Shown here piece by piece: positions 35,988 to 50,181 of a stretch of DNA of 64,000 nucleotides. The notes beneath the pieces are model-generated. The model saw nothing but the letters and a program-made list of their open reading frames with translations, did not search any database and had not been told where the DNA came from. The stretch is taken from NCBI RefSeq assembly GCF_011745625.1, contig NW_027191452.1, forward strand, positions 620,001-684,000. Reading direction: 5' to 3'. The translations under genes were made by a program, and so were the position numbers. The DNA is from Cladosporium halotolerans. Lineage: Eukaryota. Numbering within the stretch: the first letter of the stretch is position 1; each line of letters starts with the position of its first letter.

Positions 35988-37943
35988 ATGACTGCTAAGT
36001 GGAGCAAGACCTCGCTGCCAGAGGATGCTTGGTACACAGGATCTGCACAGGACCACAGCACTTACGTGCAATCTTCCAGCAGCGAGTGGGATGCTCAGAC
36101 CTTGTTCTCATCCACCCAGGACTTTCAATCTTTGGATGCCTTCCATTGGACCAACACAACCCAAGGATCTGTAGGCGCGGGCCTGTCCCCTGTGATGAGT
36201 CACGAGAGCTCGGGCTCTCACGCTCTGAACTCCTTCTCCGAAGCGGAGCTACCTGCAGGCCTGGATCTGTCTTTCACTTTTGAGCCAACTTGGGAGTCTG
36301 CCAGCTCCTTCGCGTGCCACGACACGCAATCAACGCAGCGCCCGCTGTCTGGATCCACTTTTGTGCCGTCGCTGGATGAAATGCCTTTTGGACCCAGGAT
36401 GAACAACGCCATGCCCCAATGGTCTATGGACTTTGGATGCTCCGGTCAGCCCATGTTCTACTCACAAACCGGACAGAACGCACGCCCAGTCGTGCAGTCT
36501 CCCGCTGTTGCAGCCCAAAGGACTATCCTGCCAAGGACTGAAGGCTCCATGGCCGCTTCTTCCCCGTCTTTTGCTCCTTCCTCCTCACAGAGGCCAAACC
36601 GATCTATTCAGGGTCGTGCTAGCTCTCAAAGGTTGTCGCAAAGCGTAAGTAACTCGGCACATCCTGTGCCTGAAAGCCCCAGGATTGAATCTGGATACCG
36701 CTTGGCTCCCAGGTCCGTCACGTCTGAGGATGCTAAGCCTTCGGTCCCTGCCCTGGAGTCTTTCCAGACCGGATCACAGCCGTACTACGGACAGAGGAAC
36801 TATGCCCAGGATGCAATGTCGACCATCACGGATCCTGCCGCGGAGGAATTTACTGCTTTCATTCAGTATGACCAGGACGAGCAGCCTGCTACTTTTGGAT
36901 CAACCAGGTCAGACTCATCAGCGCCCGCTCTCAGTATCCGAGGCACTAACACTTGTTGCAGCTTTTCTGGCAGCTCACGACCACCTTACGCGCTGCCGTC
37001 ATCGAAGGAGACTTCTCAGGGTAACCGTAGCAAGACACAGCCGGATGCCAAATCCACAAAGGCTTCCAAGTCTGGAACCACACTGGCCGGCGAGCTAGAC
37101 GAGGGCCGCCACAGGAACCACCCGCTTTACGCCAAAGGACCGGACGCAGACGGCCTCTTCCGCTGCCCTTTCAGTGCCAAGGAGAACTGCCCTCACCAGG
37201 CCACTAAGCTGAAGTGCAACTACGAGTACGACCACAACCATCCCCCAACCACATCAAAGCCCCTCGCACAATCTAACCACCATCTTCTCCACAGCAAATT
37301 TGTCGACTCCCACCTCAAGCCCTTCCGCTGCCGCCAAGAAGCCTGCGCAAAGCAAGAGTTCTCCTCCACCGCCTGCCTGCTCCGCCACGAGCGCGAGGCC
37401 CACGGCATGCACGGCCACGGCGACCGCCCGCACCTGTGCTTCTACGCCGGCTGCGAGCGCGGCGTCCCCGGCAACGGCTTCCCGCGCCGCTACAACCTCT
37501 TCGACCACATGAAGCGCGTGCACGACCACAAGGAGGACTCCGCCTCCGCCTCCGGCCTCGCGAGCCCGGACCCGGACGCCAAGAAGCCCGCCGGCCACGG
37601 CAGGAAGCGCAAGGCCCCGTCTTCCACGGCTTCGGAGCCCGCGGCCCACAGGCTGAAGATCTCCCCGCAGCTCACGCCGCCCGCGCCCGCGCAGCAGGTC
37701 GCGCCGCTGCCTTACCAGGAGGTCCTGCCCATGACTGCTGCCGCCGCCGCCCAGGGATACCCGTACGCGCTCGCCCAGGAGATGGCCCAGCCGGTGCAGT
37801 GGCCCGCCCACGGACACGGACACATGCCCGTCAGGAACTTCGACTACGTACAGAGCCCGCAGCAGGAGGATGCCCCCGTCGCGATGTTCGACCGCCACTT
37901 CCAGGGCGTCAGGCGGGAGTCTAACGAGTCGCGCTACGGCTGA
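35988..37943 (+). CDS. C2H2 zinc-finger transcription factor; introns 36908-36961 and 37226-37294; true start uncertain
   Basis: Spliced fingers CPF..C.H..KLKCNYD|KFVDSH, C..C..FSSTACLLRHEREAH and C..C..FPRRYNLFDHMKRVH, plus basic NLS GRKRK. First in-frame ATG is at 35988. Confidence 0.88.
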   Translation: MTAKWSKTSLPEDAWYTGSAQDHSTYVQSSSSEWDAQTLFSSTQDFQSLDAFHWTNTTQGSVGAGLSPVMSHESSGSHALNSFSEAELPAGLDLSFTFEPTWESASSFACHDTQSTQRPLSGSTFVPSLDEMPFGPRMNNAMPQWSMDFGCSGQPMFYSQTGQNARPVVQSPAVAAQRTILPRTEGSMAASSPSFAPSSSQRPNRSIQGRASSQRLSQSVSNSAHPVPESPRIESGYRLAPRSVTSEDAKPSVPALESFQTGSQPYYGQRNYAQDAMSTITDPAAEEFTAFIQYDQDEQPATFGSTRSDSSAPALSIRGTNTCCSFSGSSRPPYALPSSKETSQGNRSKTQPDAKSTKASKSGTTLAGELDEGRHRNHPLYAKGPDADGLFRCPFSAKENCPHQATKLKCNYEYDHNHPPTTSKPLAQSNHHLLHSKFVDSHLKPFRCRQEACAKQEFSSTACLLRHEREAHGMHGHGDRPHLCFYAGCERGVPGNGFPRRYNLFDHMKRVHDHKEDSASASGLASPDPDAKKPAGHGRKRKAPSSTASEPAAHRLKISPQLTPPAPAQQVAPLPYQEVLPMTAAAAAQGYPYALAQEMAQPVQWPAHGHGHMPVRNFDYVQSPQQEDAPVAMFDRHFQGVRRESNESRYG

Positions 37944-39754
37944 ATGACTGAGATTCTTCTGCTCCCATATGGATGAGAGTCGGAAAAGATCAAGTCATCA
38001 GATCCGTAATCGGTATCCTGGAATGGAACCCCCCTTGCCACCAAGCCCACGCTGGACGGATACCCCCAATGCCGGATCGGAGCTTTACAGCTACAGCCAG
38101 AGGACATCATGGCTCTTATGCCTAAGGAACCTTCCCGTGCCTGGAGAGGATAGCCAACGGGACAAACCGCGCCATCGTGGACTACCAAGGACTGCTCCTG
38201 CCTGTGAAGAGCCTGCCGCAGACATTGCCCGTCCGCCGCAGTGCTCGTGGAGAGCTTCAAAACGCCGGACACGGCGGACAGCTGGGTTGCTTGTTGGGCC
38301 CGAGCTGGTGAACGTCGAGGTCACGACCTAGACGAGGGGAGAGAAGCGAGAGAAGAGTAAGGCTGCACTGACGCCCGTCGTGTAAGCGCCGGCTGGAGTG
38401 AATAGTTAAAGTGTTACCGTTTTGCGACATGAGGAATGTTGTCGAGATTGAATTGTGTGGAGTCGGCGTTGTTTGACATTTAGGGTAGCAATGATAGATT
38501 GTTATGTTTTTCTTACGCTCATCGCTCCACCATAAGACTCTGGAAGCATTAATAGTTCAGTGCGAATTCCCATGCGCTTAGTTCACCTACATGAGCGGCT
38601 GCGGCATTTGTTTGTAAAGTCAGCCCACTTGGACAAGTTGTCCCATCCATAGCGCTCAGGTCCTCGCCCGCTGTGAAGATCGACATTCACTGATCATGCC
38701 GTGCATCCGATGCCGATGTCATCTCCGCCTGCGAGGCCCAGAAATGATGGCAGGGTAGACCGATCCTGCAAATGAGATGCTGCTCAATAAAACATCGGTC
38801 ACTTAAGGTCCGCCGCCGCCGTCTCCGCCAGTGAGGGCCAAAGATGGTGGCGATGTGCATCAGTCCTACAAATCATGAGGCGCAACTAAGCAACAGCATC
38901 GTTCGAACAAGGTCCACCGCCGCCGTGGAACGACGCATCGAAGCAGTCTCGTTGGGCGCCGAACCTTGTCCACGTGCCTGCTCCGATCGATCCGGATGTC
39001 GCGGGGTGGCGGGAAACTCTGTCTTGGCTGGCGGAGAACTCGGACCCTCGTGGTTGTGGCGGAGATGGAGAAATGTGGAGACTGGAGACTCTGGGGTTGG
39101 ACATGTGGAGGGCCGTCGGGCGTGGCAGTGATTTGGGGTCCTGCTGTGAGCGGGCGAGGAGCTGAGTACAATGCGGAGGGGTTGAGGCCGTGGGCAGAAA
39201 GGCAGAGGTGGTCTTGGTGGTGTGTGTGGATTGGTGGGATCAGGTCGGTCAAGTCGCTTGCGCTTTGAAGGTGGATATATTGTCTGCGGCTGCACAACGG
39301 ACAGCAAGCATGCATTCCCACCTGCAAATGCCTCATAATAATCTCCGAGCCAAGCAGGCACAATCGGGACCTGATCTTGAACGTCGATGATCCTCCACAT
39401 CCCGGGGCGATTCACGTTGTCTTTGTCATCCCCAGCCATTGGAGCCCCAGGGCCATCCCCAATCCCGCTGGTTCTCCGCACCCGTGCCCACACGCCGCCC
39501 GCGCCCGGAAGGCTCGCTTACGGTAATCCACCCGCCTGCTATGCTTTGTGCCTTGCCCTTTCGCGGCAGGCCAAGCGCGTCGGGCGGATCTCTCCAAGCC
39601 AAGTCGAGCAAAGCGCCTCTACCGACCGACGTAGGCGGCGATGATCGTTCTGTACCCCGCCCCGGCCATGCGAGGGCTCCGCAGCACGTGGTATAAAATG
39701 TCGCCCTGATCAGCATCTTGAGAGAGATGGGCAGCAGCAAGCCAATTCGCAATC

Positions 39755-42170
39755 ATGGTCGTTTCGCGTGCTCTCCTGGGGCTCTCCGTGGCCAGTCTCG
39801 CAGCATTTGCGAAGGGAGGTGAGTAGCCGTTTGCCGTCTTATTGCAGGAGCGCCACAAAGCTTATCCGCACATTTGCTGACTCTAGATCCAGCCATCACC
39901 GCCAATGGCGCCAACTTCACGCTGACGGGCGATAACGTCTCCTATCTGTTCCACGTTGACGAGGAGACCGGCGAGCTTATCAGCGACCACTTCGGCGGCC
40001 CCGTCGAGGACTTCGTCAACCCGCCTTACATCAATCCCAGTGGCTGGGTTGACAACCTGGGCAATGTCCGAAGAGAGTTCCCCGATGTAGGACGAAGTGA
40101 CTTCCGTCTGCCTGCGATCCACATTGCCCACGCAGACGGCAACACTGTCACTGAGTTCAACTACCAGTCTCACGAGGTCGTCGATGGCAAGCCTAGCCTC
40201 CCCGGCCTGCCCGCAACGTACGGTGACGACGCCGACGTGTCGACGATCATCGTTCAGCTCTACGACAACTACTCGGACGTGTCTGCTGCGCTCTCTTACT
40301 CCGTCTTCCCGAAGTACAACGCTATCGCGCGAAGCTTCGCCATCACCAACAATGGCACAGAGGACATCAGCATCGAGCGTGCGTCGAGCTTCAGCACCGA
40401 CCTGCCCAACATTGAGCTTGATATGATCGAGCTGCAGGGCGACTGGTCTCACGAGATGAACAGAGTCAAGCGTCCCATCCAGTACGGAGAGACCTCCTTC
40501 CGATCAACGGTGGGCTACGCTTCTCACATTCACAACCCCTTCTTCGCTCTCGTTACTCCTTCGACCACCGAGACTCAGGGTGAAGCATGGGGCTTCAACT
40601 TCGTGTACTCTGGCAGCTTCGAGGCCACCGCTGAGCGTTTCAGCAACGGCTTCGTGAGAGTCCTCTTGGGCCTGAACCCGCTGCATGCCACTATCCCTGT
40701 CAAGCCTGGCGAGACCTTCCAGTCGCCTGAGGCCGTCGCCATCTACTCCACGGAAGGTGTCGGTGGCATGTCTAGATCTTTCCACGACCTCTACCGCAAC
40801 CACCTCTCCCGCTCCAACTACACCAGCCAGACCCGCCCGGTCTTGCTGAACTCTTGGGAGGGTCTTTACTTCGACATCAACGACACCGCTCTTGAGAACC
40901 TCGCCCAGCAGACTGCCGACCTGGGCATCTCCCTTTTCGTCAACGACGACGGTTGGTTCGGAACTGACCCCAATGCCCGTCTCAACGACACTGCCGGTCT
41001 TGGTGACTGGACTCCTAACCCTGCTCACTTCCCTGGCGGTTTCCCTGAGTACGTCGCCAACGTCACCAACCTCAATGTCGCCAACTCGACCGAGAAGATG
41101 AAGTTCGGTCTCTGGTTCGAGCCAGGTGAGTCGGCCCCCGGGGCACTCGAATAAAGCGCATAGAGCAGACACTGACAGCCTCTAGAAATGGTCAACCCTA
41201 ACTCCAGCTTGTACGAAGAGCACCCTGACTGGGTCTTGCACGCCGGTCGTCACACTCGGACTGTCACGCGCAACGAGCTCGTTCTGAACCTCGGCCTCCC
41301 CGAGGTGCAGGACTACATCATTAACTCTGTCTCTGAGATCCTGGACAATGCCGACATCTCTTATATCAAGTGGGACAACAACCGCGGCGTGCACGAGCAG
41401 TCCAAGCCCTCGGAGAACTACGACTACATGCTGGGCATCTACCACGTCATCGACACACTTACCACCAAGTATCCTGAGGTTCTTTGGGAGGGCTGTGCGA
41501 GCGGTGGCGGACGATTTGACGCCGGCCTTCTTCACTACTGGCCACAGCATTGGACTTCCGACAACACTGACGCGTCGGATCGTCTGACGATTCAGCTTGG
41601 TACTTCCTTGGCCTACCCTCCGTCGGCCATGGGATGCCACGTCTCCGTCGTCCCCAACCACCTCACGAACCGCAACATCTCCATCGAATACCGCGCCCAC
41701 GTCGCTCTCATGGTAAGTCAAATTCCCAGGAACCTTCTCAGACCCAAAAAAGCATACTGACTCTCAATGTGAAGTGTGGATCCTTCGGCTTCGAACTCAA
41801 GCCCTCAGACCTCACGCCCGAAGAATCCGCCGCCATCCCCGGCATCCTGGCGGACTGGGAGAAGATGAACCCGATCGTCATCTCCGGCGACTTCTACCGC
41901 CTGCGCCTGCCGGACGACTCCAACTGGCCCGCCGTGCAGTTCGTCAGCGCCGAGGAGGACACCTCTTTCGTCCTGGCGTTCCAGCAGTCGGCGTCCATCA
42001 AGCCCGCGCCGCCGCCGCTGCGCATGCAGGGCTTGCAGGCGAATGCGAGGTACTCGAGCAATGCGTTCAATGGGACGATCAGCGGGAACACGCTGATGAA
42101 TGCGGGGCTGAATATCAGGTACGAGGTCGGGGATTATCAGAGCACGCTGATCTGGCTGTACAAGGAGTAG
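39755..42170 (+). CDS. Secreted alpha-galactosidase, GH36 (AglC-like); introns 39819-39886, 41126-41185, 41713-41774
   Basis: Signal peptide [79 protein letters not shown] and WTSDNTD. TATAAAA at 39692-39698. Confidence 0.95.
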
Positions 42171-43483
42171 GGGATGATGTGATGATGAAATTATTACACA
42201 TTGCATTGTGGATAATGATAAATGACGGAGCCTCTGAAGACGAGGCTCACAACTATACGTGGAATTTCCGTTGCGGATATGTTGGTACAGATGTGCATCA
42301 TTGACTAGGACGCGTAGAAAATACGGCAAAGTGACACGAAGCCTTGGATTGAAGCGACCATGACCATCGATCGTTGTGATCCTATGAAGATACACACCGA
42401 ATCAAATCCTAATGATCTCTTTCCCCATTCCACGTGTTTCGGAAATACAGGGTGCTCGTCGCAACTGCGCTTGATCGCACAGGCAGCAGCGCTGTCTCAG
42501 CAACGTGCCAAAGGTCCTCCCTTCAGAACCACCCTCACAACCGTTCATGAACGATCGGAAACAACCCATAATCAACTGGCGGTAGAGTTATTGAGCATAA
42601 AGTCACGTGACTTCAGGCATGGATTGCGAAAATGCCTCTGTGCTGTGACAATGGCATCCCCGCGTAGAAGCGCAATCCCCCCGAAACGGACGAAGACGAC
42701 GACGGCTGGATGACGAAGATCAGGAACTGGGGAGACTCCGGGCGACCAGTCGGCATCTCTCGTGTTTAGGCGTGGTGATTATGCTGCCGCCGGCGCGCGC
42801 CTCGGCTGCAACGGCCATTTTGTCGCTGAGATCGAGAGACGAGGTCTGCGGCAGTGATGGTCGACCGAGACGCGACGCCGTCGTCTCTCAGCGGCTTTGG
42901 CATTGTGTTGAAGGCTGGTGGTGGACGGGAGTTGCTCATGTGCGGGGTTTTGTCTTGCTTGGGGATTGAGGGGTGTAGATAGCTGTCGTGAGGCTCCAAA
43001 ATGGGCGGTCAAAAAAAATCTAATGTGGGCACGGGTCGTTCCCAGAATGAAACATGTCATTCTAAGCATGAAATATCAGTTGTACAAAGTCAGAAGCTCA
43101 CTGATCATTCAAAAGCAATCGTTCGTCTTCAGGAGACGCTCGGTCCCGAACCATGGTTGGCATCATCGTTGAATATGATTGCACCTGAAGCCTGAATTTT
43201 TCCGTGTTCTCTCAGTTGCGCAGACCACCCAAAACTACACCGATGTTGCGGGAGGAGCATTGAGGAGCATTCTGAAAAGTAGTCATTGCTTGCGCAAAAA
43301 GTTTCCATATCTTTTTTTGCCTATCGCTACACCCCAATAGTACATGCGCCGAGGTCAAGCCGACTTTCGCATCGTCCGGTTCCAGATCCTTTTACAAAGC
43401 CAGCCACGGTGCCGACACAAACAACCTGCCAGCCCTCGGAGTCGCATTGTATTTATTCTCCTCGGGAACATCCTCCCATCACT

Positions 43484-43922
43484 CTAGATCATGAGTCTCT
43501 CGACCTTGTCCTTGAGCGTGCGGATCTGGCCCATGAGGTCGGAGGCCTCGTTGGTGGTGATGCTGCAGGAGATGACAGCGCGGCTGACACCGCAGGCACG
43601 GCCGAGAGCCATCTTGCTGGGGACGTAGACCTGGAATCACAGTGTCAGTCTGAATTTCTCCCAAAGGCTAGCAAGTATGCGCTCAACTCACGTAAGGAGT
43701 GTTCTTGTCCTCGCAGAGAAGCGGCAGGTGGAGGAGGATGGCCAGGGGCGCGGTGTCGGCGGCCAGGATGACGATCTCAGAGATACCTCTGTTGAGGGTC
43801 TTGGTGGCCTCGTTGGCACCCTTCTTCAGCTGGCGGTAGTGGCTGGCCTGCTGCACGAGGTCGAGGATCTCCTGGGAGAGGGACTGGTCGGCGACCGGCC
43901 ACGCGGCGGACTCGGCAGACAT
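43484..43922 (-). CDS. SNU13: Snu13/15.5K K-turn-binding protein (box C/D snoRNP and U4 snRNP); intron 43631-43691
   Basis: [47 protein letters not shown]. Confidence 0.96.
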
Positions 43923-44315
43923 GTTGTCGGTGATGGTGTTGATTAGAGAATTGAAAGGGGTATGAGGCAAGGCTCGCCCAGGTAATTCGCACGGGTTCAC
44001 GGCCTTGGGATTGCTGGTGGTGCTCAGTCGCAAGTTCAGTCGCAAAGTCGACCGCCGTTGGAGGGACCTTCAATTTTTCGAATGCGACGCGGGCTGCACG
44101 GGCGCTAGCGCGGGTCCAGCCGATTCCGCGTCACCTACCGTTGCTGGCGCTTGGCAGGCGACAGCTCCTGCGCCATCACGACTCCCAGCTATCGCCGTCA
44201 CCATTGAATCGAGACGCCACACGCCTGCATCAGCCCTTCTCGCATCACGTCGATCAGTCTTACGGGATCTTTGAGCCGCTTACCTCTCGAACGACAACTC
44301 ATACCCACAGCCGCG

Positions 44316-45303
44316 ATGTCTACCGATCTTTGGTGAGTGCAGGACACGGTTCACTTAGGAGGTGGGAAGCGAGGCCATCATGGTTGGAAAGACGTGTTGA
44401 AAGCGTCTGGGAACTGTTGCGAAGCTGGAATATGATTATTTTGGAGCTTATGCTAACAATGAATGTGTCTACAGCCCCGTGTATGCCGTAAGTGCCATGC
44501 CCAAACCTGCCAGCCACGGCTGCCTCAAGCTCCTTAACGCATAGCAAAGCGTCTCCAAGCGACTCAAACGCAACAGCGACGCTTCGAAAAGCGCAGCACG
44601 CGAGCGCAGCCGCGGCTGAAAACGCAAACGAAGGAGGTGGAATCCGCTGACACGACATGATAGCCGTTCTTCGGAGCGATGGGCTGCACGTCCGCCATCG
44701 TCTTCACTTGCTTCGGTGCTGCCTACGGTACCGCTAAGGCTGGTGTCGGTATTTCCGCCATGGGTGTTCTCAGGCCCGACCTGATTGTCAAGAGTACGTC
44801 AATCACAATGAGAAGAGGCGATGCGGCATGGGCGCGTTCACATGTGCTGCGATGTTTCCCGCAGCGCCTCCTCACACGAACAAGGTCACGGCATGTTTAC
44901 TGACTTCTGCGCAGACATCATTCCCGTCATTATGGCTGGTATCATTGCCATTTACGGTCTCGTCGTTTCCGTCCTCATCTCCAACGACCTCAAGCAGTCT
45001 CAGTCTCTTTTCGCTGGTTTCATCCAGCTCGGCGCTGGTCTCGCCGTCGGTCTCGCCGGTCTTGCTGCTGGTTTCGCTATCGGCATCGTTGGTGACGCTG
45101 GTGTCCGTGGTACTGCTCAGCAGCCCAGACTCTTCGTTGGCATGATTCTCATTCTCATTTTCGCCGAAGTCCTGGGTATGTACACTCCATCTACACTAGC
45201 GGTGCTAGCATCACTTGGTTCAATACTGACTCTGTCAATAGGTCTCTACGGTCTCATTGTTGCTCTGCTCATGAACTCCCGTGCCGGTGAGTCGCAGTGC
45301 TAG
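44316..45303 (+). CDS. VMA3: V-ATPase 16-kDa proteolipid subunit c; introns 44333-44474, 44488-44663, 44794-44914, 45176-45241
   Basis: Spliced [40 protein letters not shown] and [28 protein letters not shown]. Confidence 0.95.
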
Positions 45304-46210
45304 ACGCATATCAACAGACCTAGCAGCGCGACAATTTTATCGATACCAAAGGCGCACCATACAAAATTGTTGAAGACGAGGTTGGGGGTGAGGTGGAAGG
45401 GGTGAGCAAGACCTGTGGCGATGCAAATAGCGTGCTCGTAAACCCGGGTGACGGCAGGTCTGAAGAATGTGTTTTTATCTCGCATGTAGTTGTATATTGC
45501 AAACGGCGTTTAGAGCTATCAGAGCATATCATGACCGCGAACACGCCGCCGCCTAGAAGCAAGGCATTTTATCTGGTTGCTTATCTAAGATAGCCCCGCG
45601 ACCGGCGGTGGAATGCCTTGAGCCACGACTGCCGAGCCCAGCACGCCCTGGACAGTCATGGCACCGTCGGATCGGCTACGAGCCCGGTGTCCACGAATGG
45701 TCGGATGCGGTGGGACGTGGTCAGGCAGACCCGCAACAACCGCAGATGATCCGCTCTCTGCCCTCGCCAAGCAGATGCAGCACCGCGTTTGTAGAGCAGC
45801 ACGAGGGCGAGAAGCCAGCATGGCCAAACAGAGCGTCCAGTTGCTGCGCCTGGCAGCCGGCCGTCCGCAGAGCGAGCATGGCCACGGGAGGAAAGTGGCA
45901 GCGAAGCATGACCGTTTTCAGCAAGATTATCCGCGCGAGCCCGACTGCACCGGCGTTCCTGTCCGGTGCAGGCTTTCAGCTTCCCCACCATCGCTCACTC
46001 ACCCCACTTCGCCGATACATCATTGCCGGCTGGCGGGTGTCGTAATTGCATAAGGTAGGAAGCTCTCTATCGCTCGTCGGCACTTCACTGTCACTCCTCC
46101 TGCTATCAAATCTTTCCTTTTCTCAGCGCCTGCAAACCTTTGCCCCGACAAAGTCTCTAGCCCATTCCAGCAACACCACAGCAAACAAAAGAGCCGGAAT
46201 AACACAGTAA

Positions 46211-47532
<1,322 letters not shown>

Positions 47533-48635
47533 GCCATTCCGTCCGTGACTTCGGATGAGAAAGATCTTGCGGCGTAATGATAAAGCTGAGATTGTGTCAG
47601 TGATGAATAACTGCTGGCAGGCTTAAGGGTGAATACTCTGAATACGGCTCAAATAGCAACATAAAACGAAGTGAATGAACCAAGTACCCGAAAACTTCAA
47701 TGGCTTCTCTCAACCAGATAGCCCATGGCTGCATTTTCAAAACTCACTCGTCATCGTTCCGCCGTCCCTATAAGATGGCTAGGTTAGGGCGACGAGAGCT
47801 ACCTGTTTTGTAGAGCATGGCCATCAAGGTAACATCATTGAGGTGGTCTTCGGGTCGGAGCGCCACGCCTGGAAAAATTGGTGACACTCTTTATACACTT
47901 TGTTACTGCCTTATCACTGCGCATAGATTCCGTTTTTCACACATCAAATCTGCTGCTGCTGCTGCTGCTCCGCATCACTAAAGCTTACAGACGGCTCGAG
48001 TATGTAAAACCCGAGATACACATATTTGAAGCGGATCGAAAGATGGCAAAATCGAACCTTCGCCTCGGGGATTGCCCAAGGGCTTTTTCAAGAGCGACGC
48101 TTACGAAGGGACCCAGTGTTGGAAGCAAAGAAGTAAAGTGACCATTCACTGGTTGCTCTAGACGCTACATCCATACTGCCCGCTACTTGCATTGGATCTT
48201 TGTTGGCTCGTCTGATCGCAGAGCTAGCTGCGGGATTTTCTGGGGCTCGACGTTGTTATTAACCGATTCCCTCTCAATCTCGGTGGTTTCAAGAGTTCAG
48301 AGAGAAGAAAGGCGGGCTGAGTCATATGGCTTCAAGGCGCTTGTGTGCCTGGAGATGCACTGAGATGAGATGGTTGCAGATGACTTTTGAGAATGCTCGA
48401 TGAACATTGATTTTGAACTTTGAAATTGGCATGCTATCTATATTCACATCCCTTAGGCATAACTCATACTCTTTCCCCTGGCGCCGGAAATGCTTTCAAC
48501 GTTTTCTTATCGTCGAATCGTAAAACAGACGCGAGCTTCTCTTCACCTCAATGCTCAAGCGCCACTCAAAAAGTCGGTATAATGAGAAATCAGACAAGAG
48601 CCTTAAGCCCCGCCAATTCGGACGCGATCAATGAT

Positions 48636-49137
48636 CTACTGGGTGGTATCCTTGAGGCCAGCCTTGTCCTTGGCGTCACGGGCGACGGCATCGTTGGGGA
48701 TGGCGCCCTCGAGGCCCTCGCGGGCACCACCGTGGGGATCGGTGTTGACCTTGTTGGCGTTGCCGTCGACGCGGACGGAGGAGTGAGCGGTGGAGGGCTC
48801 TGGGGGCTGGCCGCCGGAGATGGCTCCGGAGCCGGCGGCGATGTTGGCGTTGGCGGAGTTAAAGTCGGACGCGACGGGAGGCTGCTCGGGCTTGGGTAGG
48901 CCGGCGACTCGCTCGTTGATGACGTCCTGCTTGTTCTGGTTGGCCTGGTCGACGACGGACTAAGGGTTTCGTTAGTTCTGCTCGTTGGATGTGCGATTGG
49001 TTCGCTGAGGAGACAGGGCTTACCTGCGCCTTAGCGGCGTCTGAGTCGGCAGGGACGTTGCCACTGTTGGAGTGGGATGCCTTGGACTCAGGCTTGCGGA
49101 CGTCCTCCTTAGTCAGATGGAAAGTGCTGTCAGACAT
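48636..49137 (-). CDS. Small hydrophilic protein with N-terminal SMP/LEA-like motif; intron 48960-49023
   Basis: MSDSTFHLTKEDVRKPESKAS..GNVPADSDAAKAQ|SVVDQ..; the canonical intron restores an ORF ending DTTQ*. Codon use is biased. Confidence 0.75.
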
Positions 49138-50181
49138 GGTTGTGGTTGGATTTGTGACTGGAAAAGTTAGCGGATTGATGTCTCGATACCTTCTCCATCG
49201 ACGCCAGCTTACAGTATGTAGTGTAGAATAGAGATGAATATGCTAATAGATGTCGAAGGTTGGGAGTATCTTTCGCTGTATGTAGACAAAGCAATCTTTC
49301 CCAATGAGCAAGCACGCGAGCATTTGAACACTTCGAAAATGCAGACCTTCGCCCATCAGCGTGACGCAGGTGTGAGGTCACATCCAAATTTCATCACGAT
49401 TCACGACACATGGAAGATCGACGAACCACGGCGACCAGGGCTAATGCTCGGTAGGCCAGTGGGGTTATTACCAACGCGTTTTCTCAATCAAACGGACCCC
49501 GCCATCTTTTTCGCCATCCCAAGTGACCCCGCCGTGCAAGTCGAGGCTGCCGAAATCGCGTCTCAAGCGGCGCAATCCGACCGAATATGACGTCGAACCC
49601 CTTCTTTTCTGTATCAACGTTACGGATCTCTGCAAGTCACACTGGCCACATGGGTATCCATGGGTCTGTGTGTTCGTTTACATGCGGCGTCGCAGCTGCT
49701 TTGCAACCCAATACCCACCTTCTATGACGATGTATGCTTTGGCGTGGCCGGCTGAGCTATGGCCAAACAAATGACTGGGCCATACAGGACCGCAACGCTT
49801 GACGACACTTGGGCAGAGTCATCTACTGACTGGTAATGGTGGAAATCCGCAGGCCGCACGCTGTGTCAACAATTTTGCAGCCGTATCAGCCGCCATTCAG
49901 TCACTCTTCTAAAACGGGATCTAGGAGAAACGTTCACAGCGATGATGCTCATATGCTCGATCCGGTCGTCCGCTTAAGCATTTTATGCTGTGGTGGACTG
50001 TACGGCTTACTCATGTATTGTGATGGTTCCGAATCAGATGTAAAGACGACGATAGTGACTGGCAATTTCAAGGGTATGTAAAAGCAAGCGCAATGCTTCA
50101 ATAGCGGATGCTCGGCCAAGCTGTAGGCTCCCATCGAGGATAAAAGTTCACAAAGAAATCCGACAAGGTGGTGAAGGGCAT

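Noticed and set aside
38873..39493. 206-aa minus-strand ORF upstream of the alpha-galactosidase
   Set aside because: Non-ATG start, low-complexity Pro/Arg content and no motifs; lies in the GH36 promoter region.
43075..43168. C/D-like boxes on the minus strand downstream of SNU13 (possible K-turn autoregulation)
   Set aside because: Degenerate C box, no guide next to D or D', and probably beyond the 3' UTR; support is insufficient.
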